Of a DNA stretch of 64,000 bases, positions 18,844-29,316 are shown one piece after another. Source of the DNA: an uncultured Candidatus Saccharibacteria bacterium (GTDB lineage Bacteria > Patescibacteriota > Minisyncoccia > UBA6257 > UBA9933). The notes beneath the pieces were generated by a model. The model worked only from the letters and a program-made list of their open reading frames with translations. It did not search any database and was not told the origin of the DNA. Where the stretch lies: NCBI GenBank assembly GCA_964428615.1, contig CAYRXZ010000001.1, forward strand, positions 2,334 through 66,333, given 5' to 3'. The position numbers were made by a program, and so were the translations under genes. Position 1 is the stretch's first letter, and every line of letters begins with the position of its first letter.

Positions 18844-19596
18844 TTATTGCTTGCTACTTACCGCTTGGACATAATCGCAATAATCACAATCTGCGCCAGC
18901 TTCAGGTATTTTTTCGCCATTTAAACATTTATGAGCTTCTATTATTACTCTTTCAACCCAATTGTCAGAACCCGTATAAGGAATCAAAGTAACCTCAAAT
19001 TCAAGCTTGGCATCAAACGCTTGACGGTCCGTTTTTCCATTGCAATAAACAAAATATCCGGTATCCGAAACCTTATACCCATTTTGGCGGAATAACCACT
19101 GATATATTTCCATCTGCCTTTTATATCCATCTTGCCATTCTTTATTAAGCTCAATAATTTCTTCATCTTTTGAAGTGGCCTTATAGTCAACGACAATATA
19201 TTCGCCTTTAGAATTTTGCCAAAGGTCGTCTATAGCGCCTGTTATTAAAAAATTCGTTGGTTTGTGCAGATATTGTATGCCAGTAAAATTGTGGCGCCAT
19301 TTATCCAGATCTTCATGTGGGACAGGCCGCGCATCCACGCCATATTTTTCAATTAACGGATGTTTAGTATCATTGGCACGATAGACGTCAAATTCCAATT
19401 TTAAAAGTTTATCAACTGCCGAATTTAAAGAAAATGGAAAACCGGGCGGCCTGCCGATTCCAAGCCGACGATCTAAATAAAAACATCTTGGGCATTCAAA
19501 AAATAAATCTATTTTTGAGCGTGACAATTTAAACGGCTCGGGAGAATTCGACCCATAAAGATTTTTCGTGCGCTTAGAATTGTAGTATTGGCTCAT
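18844..19596 (-). CDS. PD-(D/E)XK nuclease family protein
   Basis: LSRSKI, CPRCFY, GAIDD, VVDYKAT, QMEIY and a C-terminal CDYC. Confidence 0.9.
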   Translation of the reverse strand: MSQYYNSKRTKNLYGSNSPEPFKLSRSKIDLFFECPRCFYLDRRLGIGRPPGFPFSLNSAVDKLLKLEFDVYRANDTKHPLIEKYGVDARPVPHEDLDKWRHNFTGIQYLHKPTNFLITGAIDDLWQNSKGEYIVVDYKATSKDEEIIELNKEWQDGYKRQMEIYQWLFRQNGYKVSDTGYFVYCNGKTDRQAFDAKLEFEVTLIPYTGSDNWVERVIIEAHKCLNGEKIPEAGADCDYCDYVQAVSSKQ

Positions 19597-19798
19597 AAGT
19601 TTTTATATTCTACGCCTTACGCCGAAATAAATCAAAATAAATAAATTACAAAAAATGCCTTATTAGAAGAAAGGTATTTATAAGCCAAAAAATAATTCCA
19701 CTGGCCGTTAAAAATAAAATTACTTTTGTTTGAGTGTCCATAAAAAATATCAACTAAGCCAAAAACAGCGTAGTTTGTTTTAATTACCTTGTCAATTT

Positions 19799-20641
19799 TT
19801 ACGGAGAAAAAATTCTTCCGTCAGGAGTCTCGCATTTCATCGGATTTTGACCCACTATCGGAAAGGCAGCGACAACGCATTCTTCAAAATTAGTTACTAA
19901 TTTAAAAAGAGCGCTGCATTTTTCTTTACTTGCTTTGTCGCTCTTGCCCAAGCATTCATCTAGTTGAGCTACAATATTACCTTCTATGCCAACTATGCTA
20001 AATTTCAAAGTTTGAATTACTTCATCTATTAAACTGTCTATATTAAAAGAGGCGCGTTCATTTTCACATTCTATTTTTTGCAGATCATTATAATTTCCGC
20101 ACTGCGTAGCGCTAACACTAAAAGTGAAAATTGCGGTTTTTTTATCTTTTTCTACTGCATAAACATATTGCGTATAAATGCTTCCAGCAGCACCCTCGCT
20201 TAATTTTGTTACGCAATATTCGTGACCATTAATTATGCGTTTTTCCGTTCTGCCGGCGCGCTCTATCTCTGAACCAGCTTCGGTGCATCCAACTGACCCA
20301 TCTACAATTTGAACTTGTGGCGGCCAATCAAAAGCGCGCATATAAGTCGTCAAAAAACTAGCCGGATATTCAAATGTGACATTTTGAATTTTATCAACAA
20401 AAGTTATCCAATTCGACTTTTTTTCTTTTATATTAATCGGACAAGGCGCAAACTCACAATTCGGCCCTATTCGACTCACAGAAGAACCGTCCGAGCAAAG
20501 TTTCGCCTCCATGGTACAGGCGATCTCATCAGATTTATCTAAAAATTGATTAATTATCAAATAAAAAATTCCCGCCACTAAAACCGTCGCAAAAATTGCA
20601 AACAAAATTTTCTTATTTTGAGAATAAAACTCTAAGACCAT
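19799..20641 (-). CDS. Membrane-anchored Cys-rich exported hypothetical protein
   Basis: TM segment followed by ACTMEAKLCSDGSSVSRIGPNCEFAPCP, and C-terminal NFEECV...CETPDGRIF; start trimmed to 20641 to limit overlap with the permease. Confidence 0.8.
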   Translation of the reverse strand: MVLEFYSQNKKILFAIFATVLVAGIFYLIINQFLDKSDEIACTMEAKLCSDGSSVSRIGPNCEFAPCPINIKEKKSNWITFVDKIQNVTFEYPASFLTTYMRAFDWPPQVQIVDGSVGCTEAGSEIERAGRTEKRIINGHEYCVTKLSEGAAGSIYTQYVYAVEKDKKTAIFTFSVSATQCGNYNDLQKIECENERASFNIDSLIDEVIQTLKFSIVGIEGNIVAQLDECLGKSDKASKEKCSALFKLVTNFEECVVAAFPIVGQNPMKCETPDGRIFSP

Positions 20642-22140
20642 ATATAAATTATAGCCATTCCAATAATTCCTACAAGAATTAAATATGTAATACACGGAAT
20701 GAATACTCCTTTTAAAATTTCTCGTTCACGATTTTTTACGCCAACAATGGCTTCTCCCGCCAACATATCTGCCAGCGCTATCATATTACCCGCAGAACCA
20801 CCAACCACGCCAAGCGACAATATTACCGCAACACTAAAACCGAGAGCTTGTCCGGCGACACTGAAAAAATTTCCAAACATAATATTTGAAACCGTAGCGC
20901 TACCGGTAATAAAAGCTCCAAAAGCGCCAATAAAGGGCGCGAAAAACGGCAACCAACTCATTTCAAAACCCCCAGCGATAAGGGTCATAGCCGATGGCAA
21001 TCCAGAATAATTATTACTGGAATTTATCATTAATTGCACAAAAGCCGACATTGATACAACGACAAAAAATGGATTTAAAGTTCCTTTGAAAGCATCTATC
21101 ATTGAAAGTGAAAGTTTTTCTTTTTTATTTTTCCATATAAAAGCGGTAATTAGTCCGGCAATAATAAACACAAAACCGGGATTAAACAAGCTGAAGGCAT
21201 GATTTATTATTAAATGGATATTAATATTTGCGTTGCCTAAAATTAACTTACCAACAATTAAAAGCAAAACTAAAATTCCGTAAGGTAAAAATGCCCTAAA
21301 TGCAGGCATTGTTTTTTCAAGCTTTTCTTCTCCGCGCAAAGACAAAATGCTTTTCGGCATAAAAATTTTTAATTTCATTGTAAGCAATACCAAAAGTAAA
21401 CCGATTATAGAGCCAACTATTGAGGGAAATTCCTGTCCAAGAAAAGCAGCTGCTATAGCCGATGGAACAACAAATGCTATACCGGACCAAACAGAAAAGC
21501 TTAAACCTCCAAAAAATTCTTTCTTTCCATTGATTCTGCCAGAAGTAATTATCCAAAGCATAAAAATAGGAACTATAAATCCAACACAATTTATAAGCGC
21601 GGAAGTAAACGGAACCGAAGAAATATCCAATCCAGCAAAACCAATACGGATAGGCGCTCCGGCAGCACCAAAAACAACAGCAGCGCTATTACCCAAAAGC
21701 CCTACTATTAAAGATTTCATTACCGGAAGTCCAAGTCCAATAAGAAGCGGAGCAACAACCGCCACTGGAGTTCCAAACCCGGCAGTACCTTCTATAAAAC
21801 CTTCGAAAAACCACGCCAAAATAATAATTTGCACCCTATAATCCTTTGAAATATGTTCTAAATAATATGAAATATTTTTGATAACATCCAAATCTTTTAA
21901 TATTCCCAAGAAAAAAATCGCTCCGAAAATAATAATAAAAATATCAAAAGCCACAAAAAAGCCTTTAATATATGAAGTCAAAAGCGAAACCGGCAATATC
22001 TGCCAATAAAAAATCGCCAGAAGCGTAAATAGGGCAAGCGTAACAAGCGACGCCCTAAGAAGAGAAGTTTTTACCCAAAGTAAAAAAACGAGAAAAACCA
22101 AAAAAGGAATTATTGATAACAAAACCGGAAAAGTAAGCAT
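20632..22140 (-). CDS. L-lactate permease family protein
   Basis: Polytopic; DYRVQIIILAWFF, EGTAGFGTPVA, VVFGAAGAP, TGSATVSN, AGNMI. Confidence 0.9.
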   Translation of the reverse strand: MLTFPVLLSIIPFLVFLVFLLWVKTSLLRASLVTLALFTLLAIFYWQILPVSLLTSYIKGFFVAFDIFIIIFGAIFFLGILKDLDVIKNISYYLEHISKDYRVQIIILAWFFEGFIEGTAGFGTPVAVVAPLLIGLGLPVMKSLIVGLLGNSAAVVFGAAGAPIRIGFAGLDISSVPFTSALINCVGFIVPIFMLWIITSGRINGKKEFFGGLSFSVWSGIAFVVPSAIAAAFLGQEFPSIVGSIIGLLLVLLTMKLKIFMPKSILSLRGEEKLEKTMPAFRAFLPYGILVLLLIVGKLILGNANINIHLIINHAFSLFNPGFVFIIAGLITAFIWKNKKEKLSLSMIDAFKGTLNPFFVVVSMSAFVQLMINSSNNYSGLPSAMTLIAGGFEMSWLPFFAPFIGAFGAFITGSATVSNIMFGNFFSVAGQALGFSVAVILSLGVVGGSAGNMIALADMLAGEAIVGVKNREREILKGVFIPCITYLILVGIIGMAIIYIWS

Positions 22141-22244
22141 TGCATCTATTTTACACTTTCAACAGATTTGGAGCAAATAAAAAAACCGCTTCAAAAGTGA
22201 GCCAAGCCCGCTTTTTATTTAAAGTATTCACCCAGTAATACCTA

Positions 22245-23384
22245 TTAAGCTTTTTTGAAGTGCTTATACAAATAGTTGAAAAGCGCTCCGAAAGCTGCAA
22301 GGAAAAATACAAAACAAAATATCCACCCGACAAAAGGAATTATTCCTATCACTTTCATTACCACAATACCAGTTAATATACTCTTCCAATCCACTCCGAA
22401 TTCCGGCTTTTTCAAAAGTTTCCGAAAAATAATAGTTCCCAACATTATCGGCGCGAAAACCGAAGCAAAAATTGCCATTAATAAATATAGTAAAACTCCG
22501 ATAATACCAAGAAAAACGCCAACAACTGTAATTAAAGAAATAATTACTGCAATAGGCAAAATCACCAAAACGATAAACCCGCGCAATGTTTCTTTCCCAA
22601 AATTATCTAATGTGTAGCTTACTGCTTCTTTTATTTTTTTACCAAGGAAAAAATAAATTGCTAGCGCCGCAGTTAAAGAAATCAATAATCCTAACAACCA
22701 ACCCATACCAAACAATCCAATAAAACCTTTTTTAGATATTGCTCTATTTTTTGGAGCTACAATTTCTTTAAAAACAACTTCTCCTTTTATTTTAGCTCCG
22801 TCTTCAATTGTTAATTTTTCTGGCGCACTGTAATTTAAATTCCCAGAAAGTTCCGCCTTACTGCCAATAACTAATTTTTGGCCTACTTTTATTGAGGTAT
22901 TACCATTAACTTTCCCATCAATGCGGATAGTATCGCCGTAAACGATAAGATCACCCCCTATATAACCGTCAACCAAAACATTTCCGCCGGCCAATCCAAC
23001 ATTTCCATCAATTTTTAAATCCGAATTCAAGCTCACTTGTCCGCCAGCTGCCAAAAGTTCTCCGCCAATTTTTCCGCCAATCGCTAATGTGCCGCCAACC
23101 AAGCGAGCATCTTCACCAATATTGCCTTCAAAAATCAAGGTTCCGCCTGCCGCATTTAAGTCATTACGTATATCTCCTAAAACCACGACGGTTCCTCCAG
23201 CGGCAAAAATGTCTCCCTTGGCAATTCCCAAAATATTTACACTATTACCGGCAATATAAAGATTTTCTTCGGCAACTGCGTCCCTACTAAGAGAATAATC
23301 CGGAACACCTTGAAAATTCGCCCCAAAAGAAACAAACGGTAATACCAAAAAAGAAAAAACTAAAGCCAAAAATATTTTTTTCAT
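22245..23384 (-). CDS. Beta-helix (bactofilin/polymer-forming-like) repeat protein with C-terminal TM helices
   Basis: Signal peptide, repeated AGG-x-V-x3-G-x-I-x2-D units, 4-5 C-terminal TM helices ending IPFVGW. Confidence 0.8.
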   Translation of the reverse strand: MKKIFLALVFSFLVLPFVSFGANFQGVPDYSLSRDAVAEENLYIAGNSVNILGIAKGDIFAAGGTVVVLGDIRNDLNAAGGTLIFEGNIGEDARLVGGTLAIGGKIGGELLAAGGQVSLNSDLKIDGNVGLAGGNVLVDGYIGGDLIVYGDTIRIDGKVNGNTSIKVGQKLVIGSKAELSGNLNYSAPEKLTIEDGAKIKGEVVFKEIVAPKNRAISKKGFIGLFGMGWLLGLLISLTAALAIYFFLGKKIKEAVSYTLDNFGKETLRGFIVLVILPIAVIISLITVVGVFLGIIGVLLYLLMAIFASVFAPIMLGTIIFRKLLKKPEFGVDWKSILTGIVVMKVIGIIPFVGWIFCFVFFLAAFGALFNYLYKHFKKA

Positions 23385-23415
23385 ATTTTTAAATTAATAA
23401 AACTAATGATAATTT

Positions 23416-24078
23416 TTACAACTCTGCCGTTAAACTATTAAAAGCTGTTGTTTCTACTCTTTTAATAATTGTTTGCTTATCTAAGTTAGAAATTTTCTGC
23501 CGCGCATCTTCAGGGAATATTCTTTCGATATCTATACTATTATACGTACCGTCTCGCGGTGCTTCAAAAGAAAACCCGCTCAAATCGTAATATGATAATT
23601 CATTCGGATAACTTATTCTAACCGGCAAAGAAATACTGCTTAATGTTTTTAATTTACCGTTTTCAACAGTATATTCTCCACAATATGCCCAGATATAAAA
23701 TGGAAACAGCTCGTTTTTAGGTTGAAGATTTTCAATTCCGCAAAATTTTTGGCTGTTTTCTGCAGTTTCCCAGTTAAATTGTTTTTGAGTTAAAAGATAA
23801 TCCGTAATTGTTTTTTCCAACTGAGAATTGCCAAAATTGAACGCCAAGCAATCTTCTTCCCAAACTCTTAAACATTTTTGTTTAGCCTCACACCAAGAAT
23901 AACCGGCTGAGCCAATACAACCATGAATATCTTTGTCTCCGCCAACAACCAACCCAGACTCAGATTCTGACGCAGGCGCCTGCATATCTTTAAAAACTAA
24001 ATAACCGCCAACCCCTATAATTAATACCGCTACTACTATTATTGCCACTAATAATGGCGTAAATGTTTTGTTTTCCAT
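23416..24078 (-). CDS. Membrane-anchored exported hypothetical protein with a Cys-rich motif
   Basis: N-terminal TM; VGGDKDIHGCIGSAGYSWCEAKQKCLRVWEEDC. Confidence 0.8.
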   Translation of the reverse strand: MENKTFTPLLVAIIVVAVLIIGVGGYLVFKDMQAPASESESGLVVGGDKDIHGCIGSAGYSWCEAKQKCLRVWEEDCLAFNFGNSQLEKTITDYLLTQKQFNWETAENSQKFCGIENLQPKNELFPFYIWAYCGEYTVENGKLKTLSSISLPVRISYPNELSYYDLSGFSFEAPRDGTYNSIDIERIFPEDARQKISNLDKQTIIKRVETTAFNSLTAEL

Positions 24079-24082
24079 AATT

Positions 24083-24484
24083 TTATTTTACTACTTGAGC
24101 GCAATAAGAGCAACGTTTAGCTTCAATGGGTATATCACTTAAACATTCTTTACATTTTTTGATTACTGAGTCCGCCGAAGGTTCTCTATGAGAACGCTCA
24201 ACTAATATATTTATCGGTTTAACTACAAAGAAAAATATTGCAGCTGCAGCCAATATAAATGAGATAACAGCATTTATTAAATGCCCTATCATAAATTTAC
24301 TTCCATTTATAGTAAAATAAAATCCGGAAAAATCCGGCACTTTGATAATTGCCGCAATGAATGGAGTTAATAAGTCAGATACAAGAGCGGTAACTACTGT
24401 GCCAAAAGCCGCGCCAACCACCACGCCCACAGCTAAATCAACCACATTCCCGCGAAGCAAAAATCGCTTAAACTCTTTTAACAT
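24083..24484 (-). CDS. mscL: Large-conductance mechanosensitive channel
   Basis: MLKEFKRFLLRGNVVDLAVGVVVGAAF; C-terminal CxxC...CxxC. Confidence 0.95.
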   Translation of the reverse strand: MLKEFKRFLLRGNVVDLAVGVVVGAAFGTVVTALVSDLLTPFIAAIIKVPDFSGFYFTINGSKFMIGHLINAVISFILAAAAIFFFVVKPINILVERSHREPSADSVIKKCKECLSDIPIEAKRCSYCAQVVK

Positions 24485-24505
24485 ATAAATACATTATAAC
24501 ACATT

Positions 24506-24541
24506 CATAAAAAAACAGGCATGAAGTGCCTGTTTTTTATG
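24506..24541 (-). terminator. Intrinsic terminator
   Basis: AAAAAACAGGCA-TGAAG-TGCCTGTTTTTT, downstream of 24562..25254. Confidence 0.8.
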
Positions 24542-24561
24542 ATATTCATCTAAATAATTGA

Positions 24562-25254
24562 TTATTTAGCGAATAATCTAGTAAACCAACCAAATAAGCT
24601 AAATTTGTTTTCATTCGCATTAACAAATATTTCAACCTTCTGTTGCTCTTGTTGTAATGCCTGGATTTGATTTTGAAGCTCTGTTTTATCGGCTTCATTT
24701 TGAACATTTTCCATTAACTTGTTTAATTGTTGTAATCTATTTTCCGTTTGAACCATCTCACTTCTTAGAGCTCCCAAATTTTTATAGTCGGAACCTAAAA
24801 AGAATGTTTTTACTTTATTTCTCTCCTGGACTTTTTCCATTGCTTGAACAGTTGTGCTAGCAGCTTGATTTTGCTGTTGTGCAATAACCCTAACTTGTTG
24901 CCCTATCCCATTATTTTCTCTATTAGCAACAAATAAGAGACCCTGAACAAAATTTGATACGGCGCTGCGATGCTCTTCAATATCGACTCGATCTTTTATT
25001 TGTTTTTGTTCGCGAACTTGAACTTGTGTCCCAGAACTCATCTCAGTATTCTGATTTTGAATTTGGTTTTGAACTTGAACTTGAGCCTGTATATTTTCTC
25101 CATGATTGGCAGTTTGCGTTTGTTGTTGAACTTGAACGCCCGCACCAGCATTACTGTTACTGTTTTCTCCTTGTGCAAAAACCGTTAAAGAAGAAAAAGA
25201 AATCGCCAATGCCAAAAAAATGACAAATAATGAACTTATATTTAATTTTTGCAT
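24562..25254 (-). CDS. Secreted Gln/Asn-rich coiled-coil protein
   Basis: Signal peptide, QVQ repeats, GIGQQVRVIAQQQ, FFLGSDYKNL, FSLFGWF. Confidence 0.82.
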   Translation of the reverse strand: MQKLNISSLFVIFLALAISFSSLTVFAQGENSNSNAGAGVQVQQQTQTANHGENIQAQVQVQNQIQNQNTEMSSGTQVQVREQKQIKDRVDIEEHRSAVSNFVQGLLFVANRENNGIGQQVRVIAQQQNQAASTTVQAMEKVQERNKVKTFFLGSDYKNLGALRSEMVQTENRLQQLNKLMENVQNEADKTELQNQIQALQQEQQKVEIFVNANENKFSLFGWFTRLFAK

Positions 25255-25393
25255 AATTCTATTAATTATTTAATTATATGCGACCTTTTTTCCATTATAT
25301 AAAAGATATGTCTATTTGGCAATTTCCATTTCCCCTGTTCTACTCTACACTTAAAACACTAAACTAAAAGCAGAAGTGGTTGTAAAAATGTGT

Positions 25394-26101
25394 TCACATA
25401 GATATAAGTTTCATCGCCGCTCCAACAGCAACCGCGTTTTTATAAAATCTTGCTTTTTTTACCGGCATATTGATATTTTTCTTGAAATTTTTTAAAAATC
25501 CTTTTTGTCGAAACATTCCTCCGCCAACAATCATTAATTGTGGGTTATACGGTTTTATTAATTTTTCTATTTTATTCCCAAGGAATTCAGGTAACGCCTT
25601 ATCATTTTTAGAGTTGCGGAGTTTTTGATATCCGCGCTCCCATTGTTCCGGACATTCAAATTTTTTTATTTTTAAAATTTTACCGTTTTTACCGAAAGCT
25701 CTACCAATTCCCGTTCCTATTGTTATAAAGAAAACGCTTTTCTTGCTGACCGCTTTGCCTATCCTATATTCTGCGTGGCCAAAACAGCGAGCGTCATTAT
25801 CCAACGCCATAACTTTAAAATTAAAATTCGTAGCAAGAAAATCAAAGTTTTTAATATAGGGAATATTTGGGCTTTTTATTATTTTTTTCCCACTCACAAT
25901 CCCGGCTACCCCAATAGCAATTCTGTTTGTTCCCCCTAAAATTCTTATTATTTTAAAAAGAGATTGTTTAAAACTGGACAAATTTTGAGGTGTCGACAAT
26001 TCTGTTGTTTTTAAAACTTTTTTTCCGTTCCACAAAACTCCCCGTATTTTTGTTCCACCAATATCTATCCCTATTATTTTTTTGCCGATTTTATTAGACA
26101 T
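25394..26101 (-). CDS. ROK family protein (sugar kinase-like)
   Basis: IGIDIGGTK, DNDARC, TIGTGIG, VGGG, AVGAA. Confidence 0.88.
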   Translation of the reverse strand: MSNKIGKKIIGIDIGGTKIRGVLWNGKKVLKTTELSTPQNLSSFKQSLFKIIRILGGTNRIAIGVAGIVSGKKIIKSPNIPYIKNFDFLATNFNFKVMALDNDARCFGHAEYRIGKAVSKKSVFFITIGTGIGRAFGKNGKILKIKKFECPEQWERGYQKLRNSKNDKALPEFLGNKIEKLIKPYNPQLMIVGGGMFRQKGFLKNFKKNINMPVKKARFYKNAVAVGAAMKLISM

Positions 26102-27354
26102 GAACGGTATAATTTGAGATGGTCCAGAATAAAACGTGGGAATAAAAATTTTCTAAATACCGTCTTTCTCGCTTCCTCGCCCATCTTTTTTTTCTTTTTA
26201 TAATTTGCTAAAAGAAAAAGCGCTCTCTGGGCTAATTCTTCCGAATTTTTTGCGATGAAACCGTTTTTATTGTTAATAATTTGTTTTCGAATCCCCGAAG
26301 CCGGACCGCCAATTACCGGCTGACGTTTCCACATTGCTTCCGTAACTACTAACCCAAATCCTTCTTTAATGGAATTCTGCATCACGATATCCGCGGCGTT
26401 TTGCGCCATACTTGTAAATTTTAAAATATTTTTATTTTTCGGGTTAAAAAACATGAAGATTTCGGGCGATTTTTCAACAATACCTTTAATATCTCTATAA
26501 ACTCCTCCTGCCAGCGGATTATCATAAGCCTCATTAAAACCAATAAGCGCCAAATATGCCTTGGGATATGTATTTTGAATTATACGAAACGCTTCAACAA
26601 CCCCGACCGGATTTTTCCAAACATCAAAACGCGACACCTGAACAATTAACGGGCCGTCTATGGGAACACCGCCATGTTTTTTTAAATACAAACGCGCCTT
26701 TTCTTTGAAAACAATTTCTTGTTTGGGCGACAATGGGTCAATAGCGGGCGTAAAAATTTTAACTTTATTTCGGGGAAAGCCATTACATATAAAATCACGA
26801 TTACTAAAAACGGTTTTATGATACGGCTTTACAAACGGGGAAAGTTTTCCCCAGACCGGTTCAAAAACCGCGGAAGTATCTATATGGCTAAAAAGAACCT
26901 TGCCCTTGATGCGTGAATAAAAACCTGCCAAAAGAAGTTGCGGGTCATTTATTGCTAAAACATCGCAATTGATATTATTTAATTCTATCGCAACAGCCTT
27001 ACTAACCCGTTCATATTCTGCCCATTCTTTATTATTGATTTTTATTGCCGCTCCTTGTAAAGCATTATGGATTTTATTGGTTATCCCGAAAAAATCTTTT
27101 CCAACTGCGGAATCCATATAATACCAATTGCTTTCCACACCCAAAGCGCGCAAATAGGGGATTAAACTTTTTAAAATTTCCGCCACGCCACCGCCGACAG
27201 CCGTTGCGTTAACGTGCGCCACCTTCTTGCCCCGCAAGTAAGAAGCTTGTTTTAATAATTCTTTTTTTCCTTTTTCCGGTAAAAATCTTAAAAAGTCCGC
27301 CGAACGTATTTTTTTTGTAAATTTAAATTTTTTTAAAAGCGTTTTTCGCGCCAT
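26074..27354 (-). CDS. GT4 glycosyltransferase, TreT-like (trehalose synthase family)
   Basis: HVNATAVGGGVAEIL, TNKIHNALQG, QVSRFDVWK, EGFGLVVTEAMWK. Confidence 0.87.
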   Translation of the reverse strand: MARKTLLKKFKFTKKIRSADFLRFLPEKGKKELLKQASYLRGKKVAHVNATAVGGGVAEILKSLIPYLRALGVESNWYYMDSAVGKDFFGITNKIHNALQGAAIKINNKEWAEYERVSKAVAIELNNINCDVLAINDPQLLLAGFYSRIKGKVLFSHIDTSAVFEPVWGKLSPFVKPYHKTVFSNRDFICNGFPRNKVKIFTPAIDPLSPKQEIVFKEKARLYLKKHGGVPIDGPLIVQVSRFDVWKNPVGVVEAFRIIQNTYPKAYLALIGFNEAYDNPLAGGVYRDIKGIVEKSPEIFMFFNPKNKNILKFTSMAQNAADIVMQNSIKEGFGLVVTEAMWKRQPVIGGPASGIRKQIINNKNGFIAKNSEELAQRALFLLANYKKKKKMGEEARKTVFRKFLFPRFILDHLKLYRSCLIKSAKK

Positions 27355-27510
27355 TTTTGTTTTATTATTTTATTAAATTTTTCAACCCTTTAAACATTAT
27401 CATATTGGAAAAATATTAAAATATTTTATCACTTAAAATTCAAATGCTTTTTAAATAATTTACTGAAAAGCCGCCCACAAAGGAACGGCCTTTGATTTAT
27501 AATCAAATAA

Positions 27511-28146
27511 TTACTTCTTTAGCCTAAAACTTCTAACAATCTCGGAAAACACACTTTTATACTCATCCCAGCTGCTTTTGGTTGTGTTAAAAGACATTAC
27601 CCAAACATCATCTCCTTCGCCCGGAATCGCCACTATTAAAACCTTAAAATCTACTCCTTGCTGAGTTAATTCTCCTTCTACCGCGCGGACAGATTTGTCA
27701 TTTATATTTACATCTTGCTCGTTAGCAAAAACAGTATTTGAAACAACTTGTGAAAGCGCATCTTTAACGGTTTGCATATATTCAGCCAAGTTTTTTCCTT
27801 GAAGAGTATCGTAGCTCACCGCAAAATAACTTCTAAAATTAATTTTTTGCGCTGCAGGGTCATTGAGTTGTTCACTAACATTAACTGCCATTGCCGAAGC
27901 CCCAATTACAGGCTCTGTTTTTTGCCAACCCAAAGGGAAAACAACATCAAAATCATCAGTTACAAGTTTATTTTGTAATTGCTCGTCACCCATTCCATTA
28001 TTTTGATTTCCCATTGGCGTTTGTTGCGCAGTATTTTCAGAAGAATTAATTAGCGGTTTATTCTGCTTAATAAAGTAAAAACTAATTAATGCCGCAATAA
28101 CAACAACTACGATTATTAAAACGAGAATTACAATTTTGTTTTTCAT
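27511..28146 (-). CDS. Membrane-anchored PsbP/DcrB-like protein
   Basis: TM anchor after MKNK; F..P.GW; C-terminal FSEIVRSFRL. Confidence 0.7.
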   Translation of the reverse strand: MKNKIVILVLIIVVVVIAALISFYFIKQNKPLINSSENTAQQTPMGNQNNGMGDEQLQNKLVTDDFDVVFPLGWQKTEPVIGASAMAVNVSEQLNDPAAQKINFRSYFAVSYDTLQGKNLAEYMQTVKDALSQVVSNTVFANEQDVNINDKSVRAVEGELTQQGVDFKVLIVAIPGEGDDVWVMSFNTTKSSWDEYKSVFSEIVRSFRLKK

Positions 28147-28210
28147 ATATTTATTATTATTATAACACCTCAATAGAACAACTCTATAATTAACGAAGTT
28201 TTTATTTTTT

Positions 28211-28696
28211 TTAATTTATCTGCGCGAAAAGTACCACATAATTCTTACCGTATGCTTTGGCGCACTTTGGGCAAGTGGTATAAGAAAAGTATAATTTATT
28301 TAACTTCTTACCTTTATTCTCAACATGTATCTTCATTTCTTGCGCCCATTTACCGGCATTTTTATATGGTCCTTCAAAAACTTTTGTTAAAAAAGTTCCG
28401 GAGAGAGCCGCCATTTGTGCGCCAGAGACATCTTTAGATACATCAATATAAATATCCGCGCCCCAAAGAGATTTCTCGTCTGTTAACATTAATTGCTGTG
28501 GCGCTTTAGCATCCGCCTTCTCGATTAATTCCATATTCTTAACTATTTTTTTCCCTATATTAAGAGGCATATGAAAAAAGCTAGTAATATGGTCTTTCAC
28601 AAAAATTTTATCTTTCCATGCAATTTCTTTATCCTGCCACGGCTCAGGATTAAACGGCTCGCAACAACCTGTTGATTTTATTGTTTGATTATCCAT
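28211..28696 (-). CDS. Conserved hypothetical protein (GyrI-like fold, tentative)
   Basis: TGCCEPFNPEPW, KVFEGPY, YTTCPKCAKAYGKNYVV. Confidence 0.75.
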   Translation of the reverse strand: MDNQTIKSTGCCEPFNPEPWQDKEIAWKDKIFVKDHITSFFHMPLNIGKKIVKNMELIEKADAKAPQQLMLTDEKSLWGADIYIDVSKDVSGAQMAALSGTFLTKVFEGPYKNAGKWAQEMKIHVENKGKKLNKLYFSYTTCPKCAKAYGKNYVVLFAQIN

Positions 28697-28739
28697 ATTT
28701 TTATTATACCATTATATTCCGCCAACCACAAAATAAACA

Positions 28740-28768
28740 AAAAAACAGGCGTTTTACGCCTGTTTTTA
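28740..28768 (-). terminator. Intrinsic terminator
   Basis: AAAAACAGGCGT-TTT-ACGCCTGTTTTT, downstream of 28785..29087. Confidence 0.8.
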
Positions 28769-28784
28769 TACAAATATCTATTTT

Positions 28785-29087
28785 CTATTTCTGCTTACGC
28801 ATTTCACGTATATCTTTTTTTACAACCCTAGCTACATCGCCGCCTATCTTAATGCTATTTTTAAGGCCGACTTTAAGCGACTTCATGCCTTTTTTCCCCG
28901 CTTTTTTAGCAGCCACTTCAAATTCTTCTTTATATTTTTTCCGCTGAGGCTCTGAGGCTTTCCATTTTTTCTGTATTACTTTCGCCATCTTGCCGGCTTG
29001 CTTATCCGCTTTTTTCGCTAATACTCCTGTTTTTTTTGCCGCGCCTCGCGCGAATGATTTTATCTTTTTTATCGTTTTTTTGTTCAT
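28785..29087 (-). CDS. Small Lys/Ala-rich basic protein
   Basis: 100-aa highly basic ORF followed by a terminator. Confidence 0.7.
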   Translation of the reverse strand: MNKKTIKKIKSFARGAAKKTGVLAKKADKQAGKMAKVIQKKWKASEPQRKKYKEEFEVAAKKAGKKGMKSLKVGLKNSIKIGGDVARVVKKDIREMRKQK

Positions 29088-29316
29088 TTTATTTAATTAT
29101 TTTTACGCAAAAATTCAATTTCGCCCCTTTATTCAATTAAGTTTAATTCCTATAGTGGCGTAAATCAATATTTTTAACTTCCCGGACAACCTATCCGCCG
29201 ACAGGCAGGTTTAAGCCCATAATCTTAAAATCATTATATCAGATTTTACCCTACCCTACTACTCACGATTTTATTATACCACGAAAAATAAAAAATCCCG
29301 CTTTTTATTTTTCGTT

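Noticed and set aside
18844-19596. Cas4-like nuclease plus two Cas2-like domains as a CRISPR-Cas system
   Set aside because: There is no cas1, effector gene or repeat-spacer array, and the genes are more than 20 kb apart. The PD-(D/E)XK protein is a common stand-alone type.
24954-25223. TGAACT/TGAATT hexamer repeats as a DNA repeat element
   Set aside because: The period of 6 is in register with codons and is explained by the QVQVQNQIQN low-complexity protein on the minus strand.
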